64,000 bases of DNA from Planctomycetota bacterium (GTDB lineage: Bacteria > Planctomycetota > SZUA-567 > H5-PLA8). How positions within the stretch are numbered: position 1 is the first letter of the stretch; each line of letters opens with the position of its first letter. The stretch lies in NCBI GenBank assembly GCA_038227875.1, contig JBBRPR010000038.1, positions 19,309-83,308 of the forward strand. Reading direction: 5' to 3'. A program made the position numbers and the translations under genes. The notes under the pieces are model-generated. The model was not told the origin of the DNA and made no database searches. It saw nothing but the letters and a program-made list of their open reading frames with translations. Positions 20,601 to 28,658 of the stretch are shown here, piece after piece.

Positions 20601-21445
20601 GGCGACGTCAGTTCCGACTTCAGCGCGCATGAAACCGTCCACTGCCCGGGCGTCACCGGAAATTTCGCGCCTTCCGCCGAGCACGGTTTTTCAATATCCG
20701 CCGCGGAGCGCTGCACCAGCAGCGCATGTTTGCCCTGAAACGCATCTTTCGGATCGATCGAGATTGCGCCTTCGCTCTTCCACTCGGGCGGCACCGTCGC
20801 CGCGTCCTCAAAGTCGCAGGAGTACGTCGCGGTGTGGGAACTGGCCGAGACGCCCGAGACCCAGATTTTCAGCGGTGTCTTGCCGTCGCCGATTCTTCCC
20901 AGCAGCAGCACAATCAGGTTCAGCTTGCCGTGCCACTTGCCATCGTTGGCGCCGCCCCAATGCTCGTACTTCGCGACGCCCTTCACCGCTTCAGCCGTGC
21001 CCTGGTTGGCGAAAAAGCGTTCGACGGGAAATGTCACCAGCCGCCAGTCGTCGGAGACCGGATCGAAGTGCAGCGAAATCTGATGGCATTGCTTCGAGCC
21101 GTCGATCAGGCGCATGCCAATGCCCGAGACGCCCGGCGCTTTGATCCAGAACGAGAGCGCCGACAAATTCAAATTCAGCGCCGCGACATCGCGGCTCATC
21201 TGCACGTAATTGCCGCCGCCGGTGAAATCGCCGCTCAGCCGCAAGCTCTCGCGGCCGTCGTGTTTCACCTCCGCGTCGGCCTCGAGTTCGCCTTTCGCGC
21301 CAGGAAATTCGCGGCCGTTATCGAACGCCCAGCCCAGCGCCGGCTTTCCCGAGACCAGCAGCTGCACGTCCTGCTCCGCGCGCACGGAGGACAGTGTCGA
21401 CAGTGCCACTGCAATCAGGACCACGATTGGCATTCGCATACACAT
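17642..21445 (-). CDS. Large secreted glycoside hydrolase (clan GH-A, GH39-like) with N-terminal CBM-like modules and a C-terminal CBM9-like domain
   Basis: Signal peptide; LGNEP (acid/base), DFHVY, PIWSTEIG (nucleophile); C-terminal IDGVLDEADW...WDEKFLYVAVDVSDD...YELAIPW. Confidence 0.85.
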   Translation of the reverse strand: MCMRMPIVVLIAVALSTLSSVRAEQDVQLLVSGKPALGWAFDNGREFPGAKGELEADAEVKHDGRESLRLSGDFTGGGNYVQMSRDVAALNLNLSALSFWIKAPGVSGIGMRLIDGSKQCHQISLHFDPVSDDWRLVTFPVERFFANQGTAEAVKGVAKYEHWGGANDGKWHGKLNLIVLLLGRIGDGKTPLKIWVSGVSASSHTATYSCDFEDAATVPPEWKSEGAISIDPKDAFQGKHALLVQRSAADIEKPCSAEGAKFPVTPGQWTVSCALKSELTSPDSSFNGMVSFEIFDASGKQIETHTVGELFGKHAWQLARKRVEIPKQAAAARFSVRLNKCEGRFWVDALTASSAGSSVRAPVVNRVVFASPQLGNMFHPDDPRTFSITVESYRELTEAERKLSWIVRDYWGAEQTAAGSLVVAAKGKNKNRLVYEGQIDLAGAPLEIGRYYEVHAEVPLGEGDPFKNFAGFVILPEAPNKKFKADQIPFTSRNWDNRFPEYIRLTDRVGIRVAGLWGGWSATPPYKPDAPMYDVCTELNMGVLTGCPSGTIEGHHGGYEKYDEKALREGARNFVATFGKNRPLIIDLGNEPNNKGERLKESVHAYTIVYDEMKKIDPTIIVLATSVPPTEEYFQAGYQNACDAFDFHVYEAPENVREAIKSYQALMKKYNCVKPIWSTEIGLNSQGLTRQHIAGDMIRKFAVFFAAGGANISWFDFLYPDNDAQNFGSSGDAMNIFDSRYCKYAARLDAVTLYNLVNGIGIKKFSTERNYADGIHAVLFRDAEQHAFAVLWKDKGRKDIFVALKDVKAVQAIHIDGRRSALDAEGKGLTLTLNEDPLLLNFDGAADLPDALGEPAVSLSGIPVTMVRGVPATVDVAGTVDAKLVSLLAPLGWKVETTPGTPLRFTITSPETSAVREGEILIRVANAAGGITGELSFRPALSGHLTIDVRPVPAAADGKSAAKILVHNFSADTQTLTWSISLSGERSLIDGQYAAQTATQAFFSEATTGTLTVPAKQEAAVSVPVSGADPIKLYAVTATITDASGGNLTAERMLGGFVAVPKVAAPPSIDGVLDEADWKRAPVQRLDQKQQYFTLDKDVLWKGAADLSATMRYLWDEKFLYVAVDVSDDVFSNTKQDGELWAGDGLQFLIDPKRESSEKSGKYDLGMALGKKGPQAWCFLSGSSSTPVGALTDIVVAAKPREGGMVYELAIPWSRLAPFKPVAGANLGLSMIVNEDDGKGRTGFIGWFGNPHTKQIDTVGDLILMGE

Positions 21446-21463
21446 TCCCCCTGACAGATACGC

Positions 21464-22606
21464 TCACACGTTTGCAGCAAATTTTCGCGTCGCGGATTTT
21501 CGCGCCCCCGTTTTGGCCGGGCACGACGACTCCCGCACGATCAGCGGCACTGTTTTCGGCTGCAGCAGCAGCGGACCGGCCCACGGCGTCTCGCGCTGCG
21601 CCACCCAATCCAGGCAGGTCGTCACATACGGCGCGGGATCAGTCGGCTCCAGCGCCGTCACCGACGGCATCAGCAACTGCGCGTAGCCTTCGCCGTTGAC
21701 CACGCCGATGGCCACGTCGCGGCCGGGCCGGATCTTGCAATCGGAAAGCGCGCGCATCGCGCCGACAGCCGCGGGCGCCGTCGTGCAGAGCAGCGCCGTG
21801 ACATCGAACTGCTTCGCCTTGATCGCCTGTCTCACCGCCGTGTACGCCGCCTGAAACGGCGTCGTCTGCACCGGCACCGGCGCATCCCACAACCGTCCGG
21901 TCAGTTCGTGCGCCGCGTTCCAGATCTTCCATTGCCCGATGCGTTCGCGAATCACATCGTCGTGCGGCTGCGTATTCAAGCAGCCGATCCGCGCGTGCCC
22001 CAGCGCCGCGAAATGATCGAGCAGCCGCTGCACGAACACCGGCGGAAAAAGCTGGATCGAAACAAATCCGCGGTCGCTCCAGTCGTCATCGACAACCACC
22101 AACCGCGGCGTCTCCTTCAGCCTCTGCAGCACCCGCGGCGGAATCGCGCCGGAGACCGGAATCAGAAACGACGCGTCGAATCCCTTCAGCGCATCCAGCA
22201 ACGTCGGGTCATCCCAGTGAACGTACAGCACCGGCCGCAGCGTCCATCCGCGCTTTCGCACCGCTGCGTCGAGCGCAATGCGCCAGCCTTCCACGTTGGG
22301 CGACGAGTACGTCGGCGCCAGCAGCGCGATCTGCCGCGGCGGCGGGAGCGGCGAGCCATTCCCGTTCGCTTTGCCGTTCCCTTTATTCGCGCCGGGAACA
22401 TTTTTGCGGCTGATCTCCAGCCGCCCGTTGGGCCGCCGCACGATCCAGCCGTCGTTGAGCAACTCCTTCACTGCGCGCCGCGCCGTCATGTACGAAACGC
22501 CAGTCTCGAGCGCCAACTGCCGCTCCGCCGGAAAATTCGTGAGCGCATAGTCCCCCTGAGCGATACGGGTGCGGAGCAGCGCGACGACGTGCGAATACTT
22601 CTTCAT
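21464..22606 (-). CDS. GntR-HTH / LacI-type sensor transcriptional regulator
   Basis: FPAERQLALETGVSYMTARRAV HTH; C-terminal ligand-binding domain ending LIVRES. Confidence 0.9.
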   Translation of the reverse strand: MKKYSHVVALLRTRIAQGDYALTNFPAERQLALETGVSYMTARRAVKELLNDGWIVRRPNGRLEISRKNVPGANKGNGKANGNGSPLPPPRQIALLAPTYSSPNVEGWRIALDAAVRKRGWTLRPVLYVHWDDPTLLDALKGFDASFLIPVSGAIPPRVLQRLKETPRLVVVDDDWSDRGFVSIQLFPPVFVQRLLDHFAALGHARIGCLNTQPHDDVIRERIGQWKIWNAAHELTGRLWDAPVPVQTTPFQAAYTAVRQAIKAKQFDVTALLCTTAPAAVGAMRALSDCKIRPGRDVAIGVVNGEGYAQLLMPSVTALEPTDPAPYVTTCLDWVAQRETPWAGPLLLQPKTVPLIVRESSCPAKTGARKSATRKFAANV

Positions 22607-22716
22607 AGCAACTGACTATACATTTGTTTCTAATTATAGCAAGATGCTATACATAACTTTTTTTGAGAGGAACCGACAAAGTTGGCGGCAGCGATTACGC
22701 CGCGTATTCTCAGCCC

Positions 22717-23556
22717 TCAGCCCTTCCCTTCCTCCCGCATCGCCACGCGCCGCCGGTACTCCAGTGGCGTCTGCGCCGTGTGCCGCTTGAAGAAGCGATA
22801 GAAGTAATACGCGTCTGCAAATCCCAGCTCGAGCGCCACGTCCTGAACTTTCTCGTCAGTCCCGGCCAGCCGCTCCTTGGCGCGTTGGATCAGCACGTCC
22901 TGCAGGTGTTTCTTGAGCGGGATGCCGAAGCTGCGCTGAAAGCCTTTCGAGAGCGCCGCGCGCGGACGGCGCAGTCGCTGCGCCAATTCGGCGACGGTCA
23001 TCGTCGCGTTGCATTTGAGGCGGATGTGATCGAGCAATTCGCGGTAGCGATGCGCGTGGTCCATGCGCGGCTGCAGGCGCTCGAAAAATGGCGCGCCGAC
23101 GCGGCAGATCGCTTGCAGCAGCGCTGATTGCCAGCGCATCCGCATCGCACCATCGCCAGGGAATGTGGCGTTGAGCTCCTGTGACAGCGCCGCGCAGTCC
23201 GGCACGTTCAGAATTCCGTCGGCCGTGCGGAACACGTCGAGCCCGGCAAAGTCCTGCACCTGGACGTGGAAAAATCGGAACTCGCTGCCGCCGCGGTAAT
23301 CGACTTCAAACGACTGACCCGCGGGCAACAGATAAATCTGACCCACCGCCAAGTTGCGTACTCGCGAACCCATCTGGATCCGGCAACCGCCCTTACGGAA
23401 CAGAAACAACCGGTTGAACGGCGGGCTGGGATGGTCGAAGTGCGTCTTCTGAGCAAACTGCGCCAAACCGCTCTCCAGGAAACACAACCGCACCGGCAGT
23501 TGCAGCGCCGGGTCGCGGAGCAGATACGTGATTTCGCTGCCTTCCTGCTGGATCAT
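22717..23556 (-). CDS. AraC family transcriptional regulator
   Basis: Cupin N-terminus; VALELGFADAYYFYRFFKRHTAQTPLEYR signature. Confidence 0.92.
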   Translation of the reverse strand: MIQQEGSEITYLLRDPALQLPVRLCFLESGLAQFAQKTHFDHPSPPFNRLFLFRKGGCRIQMGSRVRNLAVGQIYLLPAGQSFEVDYRGGSEFRFFHVQVQDFAGLDVFRTADGILNVPDCAALSQELNATFPGDGAMRMRWQSALLQAICRVGAPFFERLQPRMDHAHRYRELLDHIRLKCNATMTVAELAQRLRRPRAALSKGFQRSFGIPLKKHLQDVLIQRAKERLAGTDEKVQDVALELGFADAYYFYRFFKRHTAQTPLEYRRRVAMREEGKG

Positions 23557-23659
23557 GTCTCAAAAGTATAGTCATTTTGAACACATGTCCATTGTAGACC
23601 ACGCTCCAGTGGAGTTATTTTAACAGTCGTTGCGCTTGAACCTTCTCTGGGGACTATCC

Positions 23660-25096
23660 ATGAGCATCTTCTATTGCCCTCCAACTGAAAACGGCGGCGG
23701 CGTCGCGGCGGATTTCATTCCGTTTTACTGGCAGGGCGAATACCACATCTTTTACCTCCGCGACTACCGCAACGCGGAGAAACACGGCGAAGGCACGCCC
23801 TGGTTCCACCTCAGCACGCGCGATTTCGTGAACTTCACCGATCACGGCGAAGCCATTCCGCGCGGACCGGTCGGTTCGCAAGACCAGTGGATTTTCACCG
23901 GCAGTGTCTTTGAATCCGCCGGCGTCTTCCACATTTTCTACACTGGTCACAATCGCAATCTGAAGGACCGGCCGATCGAAGGCGTGATGCACGCGACCAG
24001 TTCCGATCTCAAAAACTGGACCAAGGATCCCGACTTCTTCCTGCGCGCGCCGGCGGAGTACGAGCCCAACGACTGGCGCGATCCGTTCATCTTCAAAGAC
24101 GAACGCAGCGGAAAATTCCAGATGCTCCTGGCCGCGCGACGCACGTCCGGTCCCGCGCGCAACCGCGGCTGCACCGCGCTGCTTTCCAGCCCCGACCTGG
24201 CGCGCTGGACGGTCGAACAACCGTTCTGGTCGCCCGACGCTTACTTCACGCACGAATGTCCGGACTACTTCCGCAGCGGCGACTGGCACTACCTTGTCTA
24301 CTCCGAATTCAGCGAAGGATGCCTGACGCGGTACCGCGACAGCCGCTCAATCGACGGCCCGTGGCGCACGCCGCCCGGCGCGGACGGCGGCGAGAGCTTC
24401 GATGCCCGCGCGTACTACGCCGCCAAAACCGCCTCCGACGGCCGCCAGCGCTTCGCGTTCGGCTGGCTCCCCACCCGCAACGGCGACAAGGACGACGGCC
24501 ATTTTCAGTGGGGCGGCAATCTGGTCGTACATGAAGTCGAGCAGCATCCCGACGGTCTGCTCACCGTCCGCGCGCCGCGCGCGGTCCTCGCCAGTTTCAA
24601 CCGCGAACTGCCGCTGAACTCCGCCACGAAACTCGGCGAGTGGCGCAGCGACGGCCGCTCCGTCTCCACGCGCTCTGAAGGAAAGCAGTCGCTGCTCACG
24701 CTCGGCGCAATGCCGGGCGAATGTCTCCTGGAGACCACGCTCAAACTCGATTCCGCCTCGCGCGCGGGCGTGCTACTCCGCGTCGATGAGAAAGCCGAAA
24801 CGTATTACCAACTCCGCGTCGAACCGCAGCGCCAGCGCGTGGTGATCGACCGCTGGCCGCGTCCCGGCGATCAGCCGTTCATGCTGGAACGCCCCGTCGC
24901 GCTTCCACCCGGCGCCCCGGTAAAGCTGCAACTCATCGCCGCCGGCACGTGCCTCGTCGCTTACATCAACGATCGTGTCGCGCTCTCCTGTCGCATGTAC
25001 GATCACGCCGCGGGCGAATGGGGCGTGTGTGTGGACGACGGACATGCCGAATTTTCCGAGTGCTCGATGCGCATTCAAGCTGGAAATAGCCTGTGA
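23660..25096 (+). CDS. Glycoside hydrolase family 32 (beta-fructofuranosidase-like)
   Basis: ADFIP, WIFTGS, WRDP and HECPD motifs; C-terminal beta-sandwich; start set at ATG 23660. Confidence 0.88.
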   Translation: MSIFYCPPTENGGGVAADFIPFYWQGEYHIFYLRDYRNAEKHGEGTPWFHLSTRDFVNFTDHGEAIPRGPVGSQDQWIFTGSVFESAGVFHIFYTGHNRNLKDRPIEGVMHATSSDLKNWTKDPDFFLRAPAEYEPNDWRDPFIFKDERSGKFQMLLAARRTSGPARNRGCTALLSSPDLARWTVEQPFWSPDAYFTHECPDYFRSGDWHYLVYSEFSEGCLTRYRDSRSIDGPWRTPPGADGGESFDARAYYAAKTASDGRQRFAFGWLPTRNGDKDDGHFQWGGNLVVHEVEQHPDGLLTVRAPRAVLASFNRELPLNSATKLGEWRSDGRSVSTRSEGKQSLLTLGAMPGECLLETTLKLDSASRAGVLLRVDEKAETYYQLRVEPQRQRVVIDRWPRPGDQPFMLERPVALPPGAPVKLQLIAAGTCLVAYINDRVALSCRMYDHAAGEWGVCVDDGHAEFSECSMRIQAGNSL

Positions 25097-25183
25097 ATGC
25101 TGGAAATTTCATGCACCCGTGGCGTATCCTGACGACACTCTTTAATGGTGTCCCTGACATACGATTCTTCAGGAGTGGTCACG

Positions 25184-26266
25184 ATGCGCACGAACGTTCT
25201 GTCCGTCTTTCTCCTTGTCGCCACGGCCCTTACGACAACTTCATGGTCGTCCGAACCCGTGCGAGCCATCGCGACGCCCGATGGCGGCGCCGCGCAGCAC
25301 GCAATCACCGATGCCGACGGCACGATCCACCTGCTCTATGACAAGGGCAACGAACCGTTCTACGCCAAATCCACCGACGGCGGTGCGACGTTCTCGGCGC
25401 CGCTCCCGCTGGTCGACGCTGCGTCGAAAAAACCGGAACTCAATTACATCGTCTGGGACATGGCGCTGGGCAAGAGCGGCCAGGTGTTTGCGGTGCTCGG
25501 CAATAACGCGTGGCAGCTGAAGTTGCCCAAGGATCAGTTTGGACTTTTTTTCACCACGCTCGAACCTGGCGCAAAAGCCTTCACGCCGCTGCGCAACATC
25601 AATCATGAACCCAGCGAAGGATTCGCCATCGCCGCCGACGGCAAAGGCAACGTGGCGCTCAGTTGGCTGAAAGGAAAGATCTTCGCCTCAATTTCACGCG
25701 ACGGCGGCAAGACCTTTAGCCCCGGCGCGGAATTGAGCCCCAGTTTGAATCCCTGCCCGTGCTGCACCACCGCGCTGACCTACGGCGCCGACGGCAAGCT
25801 CGCGATGCTTTACCGCGAACAGACCAACGATGACCGGGAACTTTACATGGTCCTCGTCGGCACCGATGGCAAGCAGACCCGCCAGAAAGTCAGCACGATC
25901 CCGTGGAAAGTCAACGCCTGCCCGATGACGTACTACAGCGTCAACCCGTCGAAGGACGGCTACACCACCGCGTACCCGATGAAGGGCGAGATTTATTTCA
26001 CGCGCCTCAGCGCCGACGGTAAGGTACTGCCGCCCGGCGAAATCAAAACCGCCGGCAAAAGCGGCATGCGCAGCGGCATCATCACGGTCAGCAATTCCAA
26101 CGGCGACACACTGGTCGCGTGGAACAGCGAAAGCAAAGTGAACTGGAAAGTCTACGACGCCAAAGGAGCGCCCGTCGCCGGCGCCGGTTCCGGCTCCGAA
26201 CCCACCCGCGGCAAAGGCCTGGCCGCCGCGCTGGCGAAGGACGGGACGTTTTTGATTTTCAAATAA
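25184..26266 (+). CDS. Secreted BNR/Asp-box (sialidase-like) beta-propeller protein
   Basis: AGGAG RBS; signal peptide; STDGGATF and SRDGGKTF Asp-boxes; CPCC and WKVNACP motifs. Confidence 0.85.
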   Translation: MRTNVLSVFLLVATALTTTSWSSEPVRAIATPDGGAAQHAITDADGTIHLLYDKGNEPFYAKSTDGGATFSAPLPLVDAASKKPELNYIVWDMALGKSGQVFAVLGNNAWQLKLPKDQFGLFFTTLEPGAKAFTPLRNINHEPSEGFAIAADGKGNVALSWLKGKIFASISRDGGKTFSPGAELSPSLNPCPCCTTALTYGADGKLAMLYREQTNDDRELYMVLVGTDGKQTRQKVSTIPWKVNACPMTYYSVNPSKDGYTTAYPMKGEIYFTRLSADGKVLPPGEIKTAGKSGMRSGIITVSNSNGDTLVAWNSESKVNWKVYDAKGAPVAGAGSGSEPTRGKGLAAALAKDGTFLIFK

Positions 26267-26300
26267 CGCCTCACGCGCGCCGCGAATAGAATGCGTGGGT

Positions 26301-26729
26301 ATGAAAACGGTCCACGCAATATGTACTCCCACGCAGTTCTTTCAAAACCTGGCCAGCGCCACGGAACGTTATTCAGATCAACGTTTCTTCACGTTCCTGG
26401 ACGGCAAGCTGGTCAGCGTCATCGCCGAACCGAATTTCAGAATCTGGCCTCGATCGAAAGGCTGCAGTCCCGTTGTCGTGGGACGCGTCGATAGTTCAGT
26501 CAATGGAATAACGGTCCATTGGCACTCCCGATTACCGCTGCCGATAATCCTTGTCTATTCCGCCATGGGTCTTTTCGCACTCGTTGCATTTCCATTGGAA
26601 GCGTCCATGTTTGTACTAGCTGCAATCTCGATCCTGGTGGCCATGTTCTCTTTTTTCGGCCGGACAAATCAGGCAAAGATCGAACGCCTCATTCATGAAG
26701 CCGCGGGCGCGGAGCCGCTCGAAAAATGA
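26301..26729 (+). CDS. Hypothetical membrane protein
   Basis: Two C-terminal hydrophobic helices; ATGA overlap with the next ORF. Confidence 0.6.
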   Translation: MKTVHAICTPTQFFQNLASATERYSDQRFFTFLDGKLVSVIAEPNFRIWPRSKGCSPVVVGRVDSSVNGITVHWHSRLPLPIILVYSAMGLFALVAFPLEASMFVLAAISILVAMFSFFGRTNQAKIERLIHEAAGAEPLEK

Positions 26730-26937
26730 ACGATGTCCCCGTCCGCCGTCCCTGGCGCATCCATCTCAGCACCGCGCTCATCCTGATGTTCGCCGCCGCG
26801 CTGATGATGCTTCCGATCAGCTCAATCATCCACGAAGCCACATCTCCCAACATTTCAACGCCTTGGTCATACTTTTCGCGATTGGATTCATCTCTGAGGC
26901 GGCAATCTTCCACCGCTTTGCGCGCCGTAATTTTTAA
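26726..26937 (+). pseudogene. Small two-TM membrane protein, apparently frameshifted
   Basis: Starts RRPWRIHLSTALILMFAAA; a plausible second TM helix (NALVILFAIGFISEAAIFHRFARR) lies in another frame ending at 26937. Confidence 0.4.
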
Positions 26938-26944
26938 ACCTTTC

Positions 26945-28108
26945 TCAATCGTCCCTATGTAGCCTTTTGGTGAGCTTCGTGATCTTGGCTTTCAAATCCG
27001 AATCGACAGCCAGCACATTGGCATGCACAACCCAGATCTTTGCGGCTTTCCACTGCCACCAATCGTCTTCCTCCGCGATCCAAAAGCAGCCCAGCGCCAC
27101 GGCATCTTTATTCTCAATTTTGTCGGCAAGTTTGAGTATGTCCTCGTCCTTCAGCACACCCGACTTTCCGAGCCCATAGATTGTTTCTGCGCAGTGCAAG
27201 CCGTCCTGCTTCGGTGCACCGGTCACGAGTATGTCCTTCAATTTCGCCACCAACTCCGCCCGTTTTGCTATCACCTCCAAAGCGGCATCCAGCATCAACG
27301 CTTCGCCGTTCGGGCTGGCAGCCTTTTTATAATCAATCGGAGTGGAGTTTGATTTCAGAAAATTCGTTAGGAAGTCTTCAAACCACGCATCGACAGCCGG
27401 ATCCTTTAACGACGCCAATGCTTCCATGAGATTGCGCATGCGATAAGAAGGAAAATACGGTTCCTCGGTTTTCAACAGCTCTGGCCGGAGTGCATCGGCG
27501 GCATGAATCAGTGCTGCAACGGCCCCATCTGAATGTTCGAGGACGTACGCCTTGCCACCGCGTGTGGACTCGACGCTGATGCCTTGAATGCGTTTGATCG
27601 CCTCGGCGAGATCTTTGATCTGCGACTTGGGATCACGAGAATCTCGCTGGCGCTGTTTCGGCCGTGGAGCTTCCGGATCCTTTTCGGCTTGTTCAGCGGT
27701 TAATCGGTCTGCCGCGTCAGCGTCTTTGTCCTCAATCTCCAATGACGCCAGAAAGCGAACTTCGTCTTCGTAGTCGAGCGTGAGAACTGGAAATTCAGGA
27801 CCCATATAATGCACGTTCAGGTATAGAATTTCCTTGTTCACATCCCCACCGTCGATGGAACGCATCCGCGCTGCGCTGATCTTATCGCCCGGCTTGTGCG
27901 TGCCGCGAATCGTCTTCACGACCTGAAATTGCGCGACTTCTTTTTCCGCGTCGTAACTGAGCACCTTTACAACATAGATCTCCGAAGCGAGGCTGACCGA
28001 ACTGGCCAGATAGTTATGAATGTTTCAAGCCGGACACGCGCGCGCTGGCGCGGGGAATAGCATAGACATGCAGAGGGTCAGTATCAGGGCGAGTCGGAAA
28101 TAGCGCAT
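26945..28108 (-). CDS. Secreted hypothetical protein with in-frame TGA at 28025-28027 (candidate CxxU selenoprotein, or nonsense lesion)
   Basis: GGAGG RBS + ATG 28108; MRYFRLALILTLCMSMLFPAPARA-CPA*NIHNYLASS continues in frame into the track ORF 26945..27964. Confidence 0.75.
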
Positions 28109-28420
28109 CGCGGCAGCCTCCCATAAAGTTCGTGAATCCTTCACACCATTGCGTTGCGTCGAGTCACGCGAGCAGTTGCATACGACTCAAAAATATTTTT
28201 CAAATTTATCCGCCTAACCACCCCCTCGGCGGAGATATATCCAATGAAAGGGGTGAGGACAATGCGCTCGGCAAGTTCATCCGAAATACCGCTGTCCTGC
28301 ACCCGTGCACAAGATTTGACTGAGGATTTTTCACAATTCAGTGCTGAAGTCAGCCGATGCTCAGTTTGATCTTTTGATGGGAACTGGCGGCAGGAAAAGC
28401 TAAAGAACGAGGAGCGAATC

Positions 28421-28651
28421 ATGGAACTTCAACCGCGCATCGGACAACGGGTACGCCGCATTCAATCCTGGGAACGCGCCGGCATGGAAGGCCAGCCCAC
28501 CGGCCCGGAACTGACCATCGTCAACGTTTTCCCCGGCGCCGATTTCGCCATCTGCAAACTCTCCGACGGACGCCACGAATTCGAATTCAACCTCGTCGCC
28601 TCCGCCTTCTCGTTCACCCAGAACAATCCGGTCCATCTTGCCGCGAGCTGA
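28421..28651 (+). CDS. Small hypothetical protein (76 aa)
   Basis: GAGGAG RBS; GC3-rich codon usage. Confidence 0.7.
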   Translation: MELQPRIGQRVRRIQSWERAGMEGQPTGPELTIVNVFPGADFAICKLSDGRHEFEFNLVASAFSFTQNNPVHLAAS

Positions 28652-28658
28652 TTGAGCG

